Program-made: the position numbers and the translations under genes
Assembly: GCF_021028975.2 (NCBI RefSeq)
Contig: NC_059426.1
Span: 140,864,001 to 140,928,000, forward strand
DNA from: Sphaerodactylus townsendi
Lineage: Eukaryota
Direction of reading: 5' to 3'
Length of the DNA: 64,000 bases
In this document: one piece after another, positions 1 through 12,254 of the stretch
Layout: the number at the start of each line of letters is the position of its first letter
Numbering within the stretch: the first letter of the stretch is position 1
The notes under the pieces: model-generated
Told to the model about the DNA's origin: nothing
The model's input: the letters and a program-made list of their open reading frames with translations, nothing else
Database searches by the model: none

Positions 1-1059
1 GTAACATTATGCCGAAGAAATACAAGTGTTCTAATTATGAATGCTGATCTTACAAAAAGCAAACAAAAGTGAATATTCATGTACACTAATATTTTCACTG
101 GCACCCCAGTACTACACAAATCTGCTTGGGAATCTTGCTGTCAGAAAGTGTAATGGCCAAGGCACAAATCTTCCATGAAATAAATCTATTAATGCAACAG
201 ACGTTCACTTTTTAAAGCGGCTTTATTATTTCTTGCTCACATATCCTGCAAGGATCAAGGTACATCCAACGTGTTCATTACACCAGTAGTTTTTAACGTT
301 TCTATATCTGAGACTCAACTTTAACCCCAATCAAAAACATGACTCAGATTAACTTTGTTCTCCCACACAATCTATTTTTTCTTCATTCCACATATTTTAG
401 GAGAACTAGAGGTAGCACTAGATGACCTACTTTTTGCCCAGGTCACAACCTATCTTTTAGTCACATTGAATGAAAAATCAACAAATTGGGAAGACACTGC
501 ATTTTTGTCTCTCCAAGGACCCATCATGTCTGTGTGTTAATGACAGACCAAATATATGTTTAGGTTTACGAAACTTTGGCCAATGTCTCAATTTTTTTCT
601 ATTTTGTGCTTTCTGAATCTGAATTTCAGTTTAAAATTACCAGAACATGATGCATTTTGATAGGCTGTAATGTTTGCACCCATTACATACATTTTATTGA
701 AGGATAACTGAGTCTCAACTGTGTTTTTGATTCTTCCAACCTCAGAGAGTGCAGATCCTACACACAGTGTATGTGTATTTAAACTAATGTAAACAACATT
801 TGATAATAACTCCAAGTCTGGCTATGGCCAGGGATGGGCAGGGTAAAAGTTGAATAAAATAAATAAATAAAATAAACTCCACAGAACAAATCAAATCTGG
901 CTAAACGTTCTGAGTACATCCCAGTTATGTTCACCTAAGGAGACATTTAATATGGTTTTCTCTATATCAAATCACTTTCAAAAGTGAATACTTCAACACA
1001 TGTTCCGTTCGTCCACCAGAGGTAATTATTTTATTATACTATATCTAATAGTAAACTGC

Positions 1060-1270
1060 CTCAACTTGGATGCCCCAAGCTAGCCTGATCTCATAAGATT
1101 TCAGATGCTAAGTAGGGTCAGTTCTGGCTAGTACTTGGATGGAAGACCTCCAAATAATACCGGGGTTGCTGTGTAGAGGAAGGCAATGGCAAACCACTTC
1201 TGTTAGTCTCTTTCTTTGAAAACCCCACTGGGTTGCCACAGGTCGGCTATGATGTGACGGCACTTTACAT
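1060..1270 (+). mobile_element. 5S rRNA-derived SINE (5S-Sauria-like)
   Basis: The head resembles 5S rRNA (gcctgatctc...gctaagtagggtc...agtacttggatggaagacc...ataccggggttgctgtgtag). It is followed by the RTE/BovB-type tail gaggaaggcaatggcaaaccac. Confidence 0.75.
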
Positions 1271-1337
1271 GAACAATAGTAAAGTAAATGACAAAACATA
1301 AAAGCAGCTAAGCCAGATGCAAGGTTTTTACATACTT

Positions 1338-1635
1338 AGGAGCAGCAGTGGGGTAGGAGGTTAAGAGCTCGTGTATCTAATCTGGAGGAACCGGGTTTGA
1401 TTCTCCGCTCTGCCGCCTGAGCTGTGGAGGCTTATCTGGGGAATTCAGATTAGCCTGTGCACTCCCACACACGCCAGCTGGGTGACCTTGGGCTAGTCAC
1501 AGCTTCTCAGAGCTCTCTCAGCCCCACCTACCTCACAGGGTGTTTGTTGTGAGGGGGGAAGGGCAAGGAGATTGTAAGCCCCTTTGAGTCTCTTACAGGA
1601 GAGAAAGGGGGGATATAAATCCAAACTACTACTAC

Positions 1636-1677
<42 letters not shown>
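1338..1677 (+). mobile_element. tRNA-derived squamate/gecko SINE with (TAC/TAT)n tail
   Basis: tRNA-like head, conserved body gtgaccttgggctagtcac...ctctctcagccccacctacctcacagg and tail ggatataaatccaaac. Several copies occur in the window. Confidence 0.85.
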
Positions 1678-1680
<3 letters not shown>

Positions 1681-3301
1681 AAAAGAAAAATATTATTTTG
1701 TAAATTAACCAAAGGAAAAATATGTCTTTTTAAAAGGCTTGAAAACTATTGAGCATGCTCTAATTGGAGCATTGAGAGCAGTTGAGAGGCCAAGAGGAGC
1801 ATTAAGGAAGATTTAAAAATGGGCCTGCTCAAACCACTAAATAAAATAAAATGCTTGTGCTAAGAGTTCATAGAATCCTAGAAGAATCTTAGAATTTCCT
1901 GGGTTGTGGTGAGGGAGGCTCTAAAGGATTACAAATCTTTTATTCTTCTCTCCAATAAATTCTCCATGAATCCCCCATTTGTTCCTGCTAACCACAATTT
2001 TCCTGTCACTAATTCCATTTCAACCCACCTGTTACAACTGACAACACACATGCCTACAAATATACCCAAGAGACAGCTTGTTTTTCTAACAATCACTGCG
2101 GAATAGAGGTTACATTTTATGACAACACATATCAGTCTTTAAGGTCAGCTATAACAACATATTTAAAGTATAGATGAGACTATAGTAGATTCTAAATCTG
2201 CTTACATTTTTCCCATTTAAAAAAAATCCAAATGTATTGAATTCTCTCCTGAACACTTGATAAATTGGCTCAGACGCACAAAAAATTGTGCCAGAATATG
2301 CCTGTTCATTTATTAAATTTATATCCTACCCTTCCCAACCAAGATTTGTTAACTCTGCAATGACACAGTGTTGATTGAACAAAGCATGCGCATACTCCTT
2401 GTACCCCAAAAGTGATAGAATCTGGCACAAATAATAGGAATGAATTGCATTTGGGAAAGAAAATTTTTATTATAACATCAGAATCCTCCATTTCCTACCT
2501 CTGCCTTTAAAAGAACCTTAATTTTTCTCCATTCACCTGAATTATCTGCTAAGAAATGCCGTTTTGACTCCTGCTCCATAGCAATGCATATATGTGCAAC
2601 CCATTTTAGGCAGAATGTACTTACTCATTTCACTCTCAATATAACAATGCAATCTCAGTTACCTTTGCTCTAATACTACTCAAACTGGCGGTGAACGGGT
2701 AGGCAGAAGCAGAGAAATGGAAAGAAAGAAGAGAGCCAACACTTTCATAAACCTGCCAAATGAAGGCCTGGCTTCCCCGCCCAGTCCGTATATCCAAATG
2801 TTCTGGCCACTGTGCGCAAGAATCCTACACAAAACCAAGAAAGGTGGTGAACTATCTGGGAAGCCTATCAGCTACAAGCACACCTTCAAACCCAGGACAA
2901 ATGCACAGTATTGCCCTCAGCTACAGAAGATGTGGCTGACTTTAGTTTCAGCTTCTTATACACTAGATAGAGAAGGCGGCTTAGGTCGTAGAGAGGCGCC
3001 TGAAAGCCAAACCCCCGACCCCGGGGTCTGAAACTGGGACCCAGCTCCCTCCTCATAAAGGCCGGAGGGAAAAGGGGAGGAGGCGGTTAAGTCTCAGTTT
3101 CTTGACGAGCACGAGCCAAATTATGCTCCTAATTCACGCCCCTCACCCAAAAGGGTGCAACTGTTGGAAGGGTCTTCCCGTTGCAGCTCCTGCACTGCCA
3201 CGAAGGCACAGAGGCGCCCGTGGACTCCTCTCGGCAGCCTCGCTGCATCGAATGAGCGTCTTCAAAGAAACCGTCACCCCTTCCCCACCAGAGCGACCTA
3301 C

Positions 3302-3465
3302 CTGCCTCAGCGAGAGCCGCCTCCGACTGCCAGCGCCTTACACCGAGCCCAGCCGCCCGAGCGGCGCCGACGCAACCAACATGGCCGACGGGGAAAGCCG
3401 GTTGCCACGTCAAAGGGCATGAAGCAAAGCAGGAGTCCCCAAGTGGGGCGGGGCCCCGGGGCGGT
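3302..3465 (-). promoter_or_regulatory. CpG-island promoter and non-coding first exon of a minus-strand gene, probably SEC23A
   Basis: Donor CAG/GTAGGT on the minus strand at 3302/3301. YY1-like AACATGGCCG at about 3378-3387. TGCCACGTCA (CREB3/XBP1-type) at 3403-3412. GC boxes at about 3445-3464. Identity is inferred from synteny only; no coding exon was recognised in the window. Confidence 0.55.
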
Positions 3466-4617
3466 ATTCTGTTTTCCCCTCAGAATTGGGGCGAAGGGCG
3501 TCCCTTGAGCCAGGTGGGCAATGGTCTGGGGGCCTGTCCAACGCCTGGGGTCGATTTCAAAAATAGTTTAAAAGTTTGGTTTTTCCCGAGCAAAGTAATA
3601 TACTCTCCCACCCACACACACAGAATCACACACGATAATAACTCCCGTTCCAGAGTTGAGGTATATTTAGTATGCATTTCACTCTGCTCACCCCCGTATT
3701 TGTGTGAGTTGGTTTGGTCTGAGGTAGAGTTCCCAGCTCAGTCCTGCCGACTCTTTACAATTGAAGACTGAATGAGCTCCCTTGTCCTGTATCTTACCTC
3801 CCTTGTTACCTCCCTGTATCTTAATAAATGGATGTTGTTGCAAACACACCTGCCTGTTTCACACAGTTTTCGAAATTACAGAAGTGTTACAGCGGTAAGG
3901 TGTGGGCCACTACAGAGAACTTGTGGTGCCCAATATTTCTTTACCAAATATCAAGCCAATAGAAGAGAGTTTTAAGTAACTATATATGCAAAGAAAGGGG
4001 AACCGTCCCCACATGAGTGGACTCAGTTGAAACAGTATATACACAGCATGTTTATTCCCTTCTCCCAAATTCGCCACACCCTCTTTGTTCCCCCACTGGC
4101 TAAGGGTACTTAAGAGTCACAACTTTCCGATTCGCCTATTTACATGTTCCTCCTTAACATGTGGACCCCTTCCATATTCTTTCAGTATGTTCATTATAAT
4201 ACAGTTTGTCGTCATAGCAGGAGGAGAAGTTAATATGCATTGGCCTATTAAGTATTAGCCTATCAATACGTACAATCTGATACAATCCTTGCCCTTCAGC
4301 CCAGTCATCCAGCAGTCTTATCTTGTCCTGCCACAAGCATCCTCCCTTATGACTCATCTCATTCCTAGTAGAAAACACATTTCTCATTTATCACAAACTC
4401 AGGTTGTTTATCTTGTCCATTTGCAGGGTGGCACCTGTAGAAAGCTCATATAAGCACAGTTGTTGTGGCAAGGCACAGGAGGAGAAGCAGTTCTGCAGGT
4501 AGGAGTGTCCATGGAGATGAATGCTTTTGTATATGATGACCACTATCCTGAATTAAACCCAGTAACTAATGGTGATTCAATGGAGTGACTGCAGAAGCAG
4601 TGAAATATGCATACTCC

Positions 4618-5772
4618 CAGCGGTGGGATTCAGCCAGTTTGCACCCGTTCGCTAGAGCTGGTAGCTAAAAAATTTTCTGTAGTTCGCAGAACCGGTTGTT
4701 ATCCCCCAACCTGGCCTCAGCCCCTCCCTTAAAACTCAGGTTCTTCAAGGGAAAGGACCTTTCCCTTTAAGAGGACCTTTGCTCTTAAGAAGACCTTTCC
4801 CTTTAAGAGCCCTAAGGGAGGGACGGAGGACAGGCTGGAAAGGTGAGCTGGGCAGGGAGGGAGAAGTCAGGAGTGGAGAGAAGGAGGCCTGCCACACCCC
4901 TCCTCCTCCTCCCCCTGCCTCACTCTGCCTGACTGCTCCTTCAGCCAGGCCCAGTCAGGCTGCCTGAGACCACAGCGGAGCCTCCAAAAATAAGTGGGGT
5001 GGAGGACGGCCTGGGCCCTTGAGGGCCCAGCAGAGACCTTTTGTCCCCCCTGCCATCCCTTCCCATTTCCACCACTCCTAGCCACCCCTTGCCACCTTCC
5101 CCCACCCCTTGCCACCCTCACTTCACCCCTAGCCACCCCTTGCCTCCTTTCCCTCACCCCTAGCCCAGTTGGCATTGTTCTGAGACATGGTGATTTTGGA
5201 GTGACTTGGTGCATAAATCATGAGGATCAGTGTTTTCCGAGATGGTTTTGCACCACTGCAGTGCCATGGGGCATGGGATGCATGATTGTTGTGTTCAGAC
5301 ATATGGCCAGGCGCTTCAGCTGTTATGTGCTGGTGATTTGGGGGTGACTTAGTGCAAAACTCATGAGGATTCATAAGGATCTATGTTTGTCAAGCAGGTT
5401 TCTGCGCCACTGCGGCACCATGAAGCATGGGATGTGTGATTGTTGTGTTCAGACATGTGGCTAATGGCTGGAGTTGTGATGTGCTGGTGATTTTGGGATG
5501 ACTTAATGCAAAAATCATGGGGATCCATGTTTTACAAGCAGGTTTTTTCATTAATATTTTAAAACTCTTTCTTATAACATAATCTAGTTTTGTGTACCTC
5601 TTTTATTATTCTTATTTAAGTATTAACTGTATGAAATGATGAATTATCTTTCGGTATATCTTTTTTATATACTTAAAACAGTAATTAGGGCAGCAAACCA
5701 GTCGTTAAATTATTTGAATCACACCACTGGAAGTTTGGACCCGGTTGTTAAATTATTTGAATCCCACCACTG
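4618..5772. mobile_element. Non-autonomous hAT DNA transposon with internal tandem repeats
   Basis: TIRs CAGCGGTGGGATTCA...TGAATCCCACCACTG. Perfect 8-bp TSD CATACTCC at 4610-4617 and 5773-5780. Confidence 0.85.
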
Positions 5773-6434
5773 CATACTCCATATATTTAAAAGAAAGCCA
5801 AACATATGAGCCTATATCCTGAATCAGACAATGGACTATCTAACCTAGCATCCTGTTTTACATAATGGCCAACCAGACTGCACCCAAAGATGTGAATTAG
5901 ACAGCCCCATCCATGGGGCAGGGAGGGCTTGAGGGAGCAGGAGCAGCCTGGCCGGGACATTTGTCCTCCCCAGGGCACTTACACAGGCAGAAAGGGTAGA
6001 TGTGCTGGTGGCTGCCCATCCCTCAGTCCCACCACCACAAACCTTGAGAAGTCCAGGCAGCAATGAGGCTGCACTGGCATCACAATTGGACACCAGTGTG
6101 AGGAGGGGCAAGCCAGGGCATTTCTGGTATTTAGAAGGTATTCTAAATATGGAGGTTCCACTGAATCATATGACTAGTAACTATTGATAGACCTATCCTC
6201 CATGAAATTGTCTAATCCCCTTTTGAAATCAGTTAGACTTCTGGCTATCATCACATTTCATGGCAGAAAATTTCACAAGTAGTCACTCTTTGGGTGATTC
6301 CTCTTGTATGTTTTTAACCTACTGCCCCAAAGCATAGTAAAAATCTGTCAAAAACAGTCAAAACAGAACTAGATTTGTATCCAAACTAAATGTAGTGCCT
6401 CCAATTATTTCCTCTAAATAAAAACAGTTCCTAA

Positions 6435-7108
6435 ATTACCTGGGCAGGGGACATAATGCAAATAGGTCTCTCTAGGGTCGACTCGTGTCTGCGGAAATTG
6501 TTACCTGAGCTCGACTCTTCTGTTATTCCACACAAAAGCCAGGTCGTCTCTCCAGACCCAAGTTCAGAGGGCGGGGTTACCTCCTCACATCTTTCGCTCC
6601 TCATTCCCGATTGGCTGCTGTGCTATGGAAGGAAACGTGTGTGTGTGTGTCCCTTTTTTTGATTTGCCACCTAGGAGCTACGTTGTGACAATATCACAAA
6701 GCGCCGATTTCCCGCCTGTCACAAACTGGCGGGAATCTGCATTTTTGCAAGCCTTCTCTGTCGGAGCAGAACAAGCAGAGCTAAGCTGTTGCTTCGTGCA
6801 CGAGAAGGGGTTTTTTTTGAAGGTGCGCTTTTCGCCGCCTTGAGTCTCCCGTTCTGCGCATGGCCAAAATACTGCACTGTGATTGGCTGGCTGGCAGAGT
6901 CGAGGCGAGGGAGATTCCGCACTCTGCCGGCTTCGGCTTGAGTGCAACCCAAGTTCGGCAAAAAGTCATACCTCCCAGTCGAGCTCAAAAATTTGACGGT
7001 GAGAGGGGGGAGAGCAGAGACAGACACGAATTGAACGCTACAGCTATGCGGAGTACCCGGGTTGGACCTATGTCGAACTAAGGTTAAATCCTACAGTGCG
7101 GAGGGGCC
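6435..7108. mobile_element. CpG-rich Harbinger-like element, left end not recognised
   Basis: The right end GTGCGGAGGGGCC matches the TIR type of 29126-29266. Confidence 0.5.
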
Positions 7109-8623
7109 CTTAAATATGACATAGCTTGTCTTAATTCAACCCTTACATGAAATCACAAATCAGTCTCTGAAATAGTTCAGTTTTCAGTTGCCATCTCAAG
7201 ACTACCATGGAAGGGCTCCAGAAAATTTCCCTGAGGAGGAAGTTTGATCGTTTCGGTCCCTGTGCAGAAAAGTTCCTGACACCCAACGCTGCTCAGATCA
7301 CAGAGACCCTTGACTACCCATGAAAGGTTCAGCAGAGACAGTATTTAATTTCATGGACCTGTAGTAGCTGAAAAAGTAGCACCTGTTCAGTTCCTCATCA
7401 TGTCACAGCATTTTCAGGCTCTTTAACTGATGGGAACTTCCTCTTCACACTCTGACATGAGAACAGATCAGAGACAGGCTGTATCAGCTACATTTGAAAC
7501 AGAAGTATTTCTTGCCACTGCTCTTTGAGGAAGGCAGTTTGATGTAGTCAGTGCATTTGAATCAAGTCTGTTCTTCTTTGGTCACTCGCTTGAGATTCTT
7601 GTTTCTCTGGCTTTTTTCTTTTTTGGGGGGGGGAAGGGGTACTGCCTCCTTTTTTTAAAAACTTGTCAGATGGAAATGCACATATACACCAAATTACATA
7701 TAAGCAGCAGTTATTTGTTGTGACCAACCACTGAAGGGTGAACATCTGCATCACTGGCTGGCATTACTGTGTGCAGTTGTTCTCCTCATGGCATCTCCAT
7801 GCTGGGAAATGCTACCACTGTTTGAAAACAATCCTACTTATAGCTACTGTAGTGCACAAAAGAACTTCATCGTAATCAGAGGGGCTCATGTCCCCTCAAT
7901 ATTGAGGAAATATTTGCATGCAAAAATTTAAGAATGCCTAACTGGCAGTCATTCCCACTGAATAGAATTGGACTTACTTCTGAGTACATCAGCTCAGGCT
8001 TGCTTCACAGAGACATGCTAAGTAGATCTATCCATAAGCCTACTCAAGTCTACTCAGTTGGGCTTACTCCCAGGAAAATGTTACTACCTTTTGTTTTATG
8101 TCACTTCAGATATCGGCTCCTGTAAATTAGAAATAGTCAGAACCCCTCATCATCACTACATCAGATCCATGATGTGCATGTAATTGTTCACAAGCATTTG
8201 CTTGACAAAATGCTCTATTTTCTGTTTCCTTGGTATTAATTTGCATCTCTCCAACATACAATGCCACTAGCCTGCAGCAGGGACTAGTCCCTAAAACAAA
8301 ACACGCAAAATCTATTCCAAACATATTAAGAAGCCATTTAGTAATGATTTAGTGACTAAAACCATGCTATGTGATGCAAATAAACATTTTAGTAACTTAA
8401 GTATTAACACAAATCTACTTTAAACTTCGGCTTAATTGTCTAAACTATGAACAAATGTTTACGTACTGTCAGCTTTCCAATTTCGAAAAAGAAAAACACA
8501 ACAGTAGTAAACTTTAGTACTGTAACCGGAATGTGACGCCCCTCATTCCCTACAGCTCAGCTTGTAAGCCCAGAGGGAAAGCCCCACCTGCGGCCCACCA
8601 GAGGGAGGAGGCGGAGCCACAGC

Positions 8624-8816
8624 GGGCGGCTCTATGCAAATAAGGTGCGGCACGGCATTGTGGGAAAGCGGGGAGCACCGCGATCGTCCGAGTTTTGTGG
8701 GGTCAGTTGGCACCCAGATCGGTCGCTCTTTGCTGTCAGCGAGGCGCCTCGCGATCCTGAGGCATGGACGGTGTGAACAAAAGCAGCGGTCCGTGAGCCG
8801 CCGTGGCTTGTAAAGT
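8624..8816 (+). promoter_or_regulatory. U1 copy A promoter: DSE (GC box, octamer, SPH/Staf-ZNF143) and PSE
   Basis: GGGCGG at 8624-8629. ATGCAAAT at 8634-8641 (-225 to -218). SPH motif on the opposite strand, TTTCCCACAATGCCGTGCCGC, at 8647-8667. PSE-like GCCGCCGTGGCTTGTAAAGT at 8797-8816 (-62 to -43). Spacing is that of Pol II snRNA promoters. Confidence 0.85.
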
Positions 8817-8858
8817 AGTCGTCGGCGCTGGCTAACGGCTTTCGGGGCCGAGGAGAGC

Positions 8859-9022
8859 ATACTTACCTGGCAGGGGAGACACCTTGATCNNNNNNNNNNN
8901 NNNNNNNNNNNNNNNNNNNNNNNNNNNNNNNNNNNNNNNNNNNNNNNNNNNNNNNNNNNNNNNNNNNNNNNNNNNNNNNNNNNNNNNNNNNNNNNNNNNN
9001 NNNNNNNNNNNNNNNNNNNNNN
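8859..9022 (+). ncRNA. RNU1: U1 spliceosomal snRNA gene, copy A (nt 32 onward masked as N)
   Basis: ATACTTACCTGGCAGGGGAGACACCTTGATC at 8859-8889 is the U1 5' end, including the 5' splice-site recognition sequence. It is followed by 148 N. The 3' end is inferred from the 164-nt canonical length. A full snRNA promoter lies upstream. Confidence 0.88.
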
Positions 9023-9671
9023 NNNNNNNNNNNNNNNAATAGGTTTAAATATTTTGCGTTTTCCGTGTGTGCTTCGATCCCTCGTGTTGTCTTTGTCCAG
9101 GTCCTGTAGACTTTGTCTCGCCGTTTTAATTCGAAGTTACTTCAATTCACACTCCTGCTGCCCAACAAATCTTTCATGCCAATATCATGCAAAAAGCGAA
9201 GCTTAAGTGCCATTATCTAATGGCCAAAGGAAATTGGCCTTGTGTTACCACTACCACTATGAGACCAAGACCATGTGATTTCAACCCCAGTGCAATCAAA
9301 TGGTCTTCTCTGTTTGCAGCTCACACCCCCCCCCCCGCCATTTCCATTTTAAAAGTACATGAATAAAGTTCGTTTCCTATAATCTGCTCCCCCCTTCTTC
9401 CACACCCCTTAGTATGGTAAAATTGAAAACTAGTTTAAATTGGGGATGACAACGATGCTGCTTTTATAGAATTGGATCATATGGAAATTTTATATAATCA
9501 GTCGCCATCACTTGGTTATATGATTAATTTAATTTTCATGGGGATTGTTAGTGGTTATTTTTAGGTTGTATTGTATTACTGTACATTTTAATAATGTGTG
9601 TAAGCCATTCTGAGCCTGGCCTTTGGCTGGAAAGAGCAAGGTAACAAACTTAATAAAATAAATTAATTAAT

Positions 9672-11450
9672 CACAATGAATGATTTTATTACAGCCGCAA
9701 AGCCAGCAAAAAGAAAACGAAAACAGATTCAATTTATACATATATACAAACATCCATGGCATAATACCCATACCCAAAAGAAGCATCAATTTACAACATT
9801 ACAGTCACCATCATCTAGTGCTGCTCCCTGTCTTAACAATCTGTGCTTGCTGTATACTAACATACAAAATTTGGCTACCTTCAGAGATGTAAAGGAAACC
9901 TCGTCTTCCAATAAGATTCTTGTAAGAGCTAAATCAGAGTCAACTGCGATTGGATTAATATAATGAATTAACAATGGTTGAATTAATGACTTCCTTTCTG
10001 CTTTATAGAGTTCACAGTGCAGTAGAATGTGTGACTTAGGGTCCACTTTTCCTGAATTGCAAACACAAACTCTACTGGACTGTGGAATTTTTGGAAATCT
10101 TCCTGCTAAATTGGCTGATGGAAAAGCATCAAAATGGGCCCTAGAAAAGGCCCAGTGACATTTTGTAGATACAATATTAAATCAATAGGGGGATGCTGAA
10201 ATTCCTGACCAGGATTTCAATGGTTTATATAACAATGGTAACAAGGAGTAATTTGTTTGCATTTTGATGTCATTAAATCTTTGATAAACCAAGACTGTTG
10301 CTCTATGGAAACCCAATTCCAATAGTTGCATAGGATCCAACCTGCATTGTTTAAGTTTGAGTATTATCTTTTCTGACCAACTTGGATATGGTGACACTGC
10401 CAGCAAGAAAGGCAGTAAACCCAGAGGCTGGAGAAGAACTTTAAGCCAATATTTAATAATCAGCCTCCAAAAGGTTGTCTCTACTTTCACCATCCCTGCT
10501 TCTTGTCTTAACACTGCATTAGCTGTACATTTAGGTGTATTAAACAAAGCTCTAAGGAATGCAGATAAGACTCTAATAAAGTAAAATCTGTTACTAGTGC
10601 CAGTGGAGCTCCATAGGTAAGTTGAGCCAAGGATTTAGCTTCGAATAATCTAATTGCAGGTGGGATAAATCCACCCCCTTGCGATCAAAAATATCTCAAA
10701 ATTGCCTGTGAGCTCCTTTGGGCTGTGTGTGTAACTGATTGTATATGGACCATGAGTTTCCCATTATACTGGAAAACCACCTCTAGGTATTTGAAGCACA
10801 ATCTGATATCCAGTCAACTGTCAATTCTGTTTCTTAAATTTAGCATTAAAGTGTCTTGTCTTGTATAATTAATATTTAACAATTCCTCTGCACATTTTTG
10901 AGCAAATATCTTCAGTGCTCTTTTAAGCCCCACTTACCAGGGACAAGCATAGGTGCATGGGTATCTTTCTTATGGAAACCAGTTATGAGTATATTAACAT
11001 GGAGGTTAAACAAGTGGGGTGCTGAAAGGTACCCTTGCCTCACACCTTTCTGAGTAGAGATGGGCACAGTTAGGTGACCTTCATGTGAGAACCTTACCTG
11101 TATGGTTGTATTCTCATGTAATTTAACAATTGGTTGGAGAAGGTGTCTATCAATATTAGTCTCCTCTAGCTTTGCCCAGAGACAAGTGCGTGTTACATTG
11201 TCAAATGCGGCCTTAAGATCAACAAAGCCCGCATATAGAGATCCTTTTTTAATATGTACATATTTTTCTATCATATATTTTAATATCAGGCAGTGATCCA
11301 TTGTCAAGCGGCCTTTACAAAAGCCAGCCTATTAATCTTCTAGTTTCTCTGTCCAACCGTGCAAGAAATTTTTTTGCTCAGATATTTGGTGTATAATTGG
11401 TTCACAACATTGAGGAGGCTAATTGGTCTGCAATTAGCTGGTTCGGAGAA
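9672..11450 (-). mobile_element. Decayed 5'-truncated non-LTR retrotransposon (RTE-X-like) ORF2 fragment
   Basis: Minus-strand RT motifs EPANCRPISLL (about 11410-11445), FVDLKAAFD and GVRQG..P.LFN (ORF 10912..11307). Downstream PKCTANAVLRQEAG...KYWLK (ORF 10182..10547). The 3' end has AATAAA and a short repeat near 9690. Frameshifted. Confidence 0.8.
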
Positions 11451-12048
11451 TAAATTATCACAAATGTTAAACAGCGTCCGGTGTGTAAAAATGAAGGGTT
11501 GGATAAGCACCTGAGCAATGTAAGGTGAAAGACAGTCTTATACGCAGAGTAAAATGACTAAACTACAAACTAACATGGCGAAACAAACTTGAATCTGGCA
11601 CAGTATATGACTCGGAAAAAGACAACACCAGTTTTCAATTTTACCATACTAAGGGGTGTGGAAGAAGGGGGGAGCAGATTATAGGAAACGAACTTTATTC
11701 ATGTACTTTTAAAATGGAAATGGCGGGGGGCGGGGGGGGGGGGTGAGCTGCAAATAGAGAAGACCATTTGATTGCACTGGGGTTGAAATCACATGGTCTT
11801 GGTCTCATAGTGGTAGTGGTAACACAAGGCCAATTTCCTTTGGCCATTAGATAATGGCACTTAAGCTTCGCTTTGGCATTGATATTGGCATGAAAGATTT
11901 GTTGGGCAGCAGGAGTGTCGAACTTCAGAAGTAACTTCGAATTAAAACGGCGAGACAAAGTCTACAGGACCTGGACAAAGACAACACGAGGGATCGAAGC
12001 ACACACGGAAAACGCAAAATATTTAAACCTATTNNNNNNNNNNNNNNN

Positions 12049-12212
12049 NNNNNNNNNNNNNNNNNNNNNNNNNNNNNNNNNNNNNNNNNNNNNNNNNNNN
12101 NNNNNNNNNNNNNNNNNNNNNNNNNNNNNNNNNNNNNNNNNNNNNNNNNNNNNNNNNNNNNNNNNNNNNNNNNNNNNNNNNGATCAAGGTGTCTCCCCTG
12201 CCAGGTAAGTAT
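12049..12212 (-). ncRNA. RNU1: U1 spliceosomal snRNA gene, copy B (nt 32 onward masked as N)
   Basis: GATCAAGGTGTCTCCCCTGCCAGGTAAGTAT at 12182-12212 is the reverse complement of the same 31 nt. 148 N at 12034-12181. The 3' end is inferred. Confidence 0.88.
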
Positions 12213-12254
12213 GCTTTCCTCGGCCCCGAAAGCCGTTAGCCAGCGCCGACGACT

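Noticed and set aside
1075-1175. 5S rRNA gene
   Set aside because: Diverged, lacks the 5S 5' end, and continues into a SINE tail.
6436-6463. TTACCTGGGCAGGGGACATA followed by ATGCAAAT, resembling a third U1 5' end and an octamer
   Set aside because: The similarity is short and gapped, the octamer is on the wrong side, there is no PSE, and it lies at the edge of a repeat element.
8543-8860. Twin ORFs MLSSAPKAVSQRRR... (8543..8860 and 12211..12549) as a duplicated protein gene
   Set aside because: They are antisense readings of the GC-rich U1 promoters; the ATG is the complement of the U1 start.
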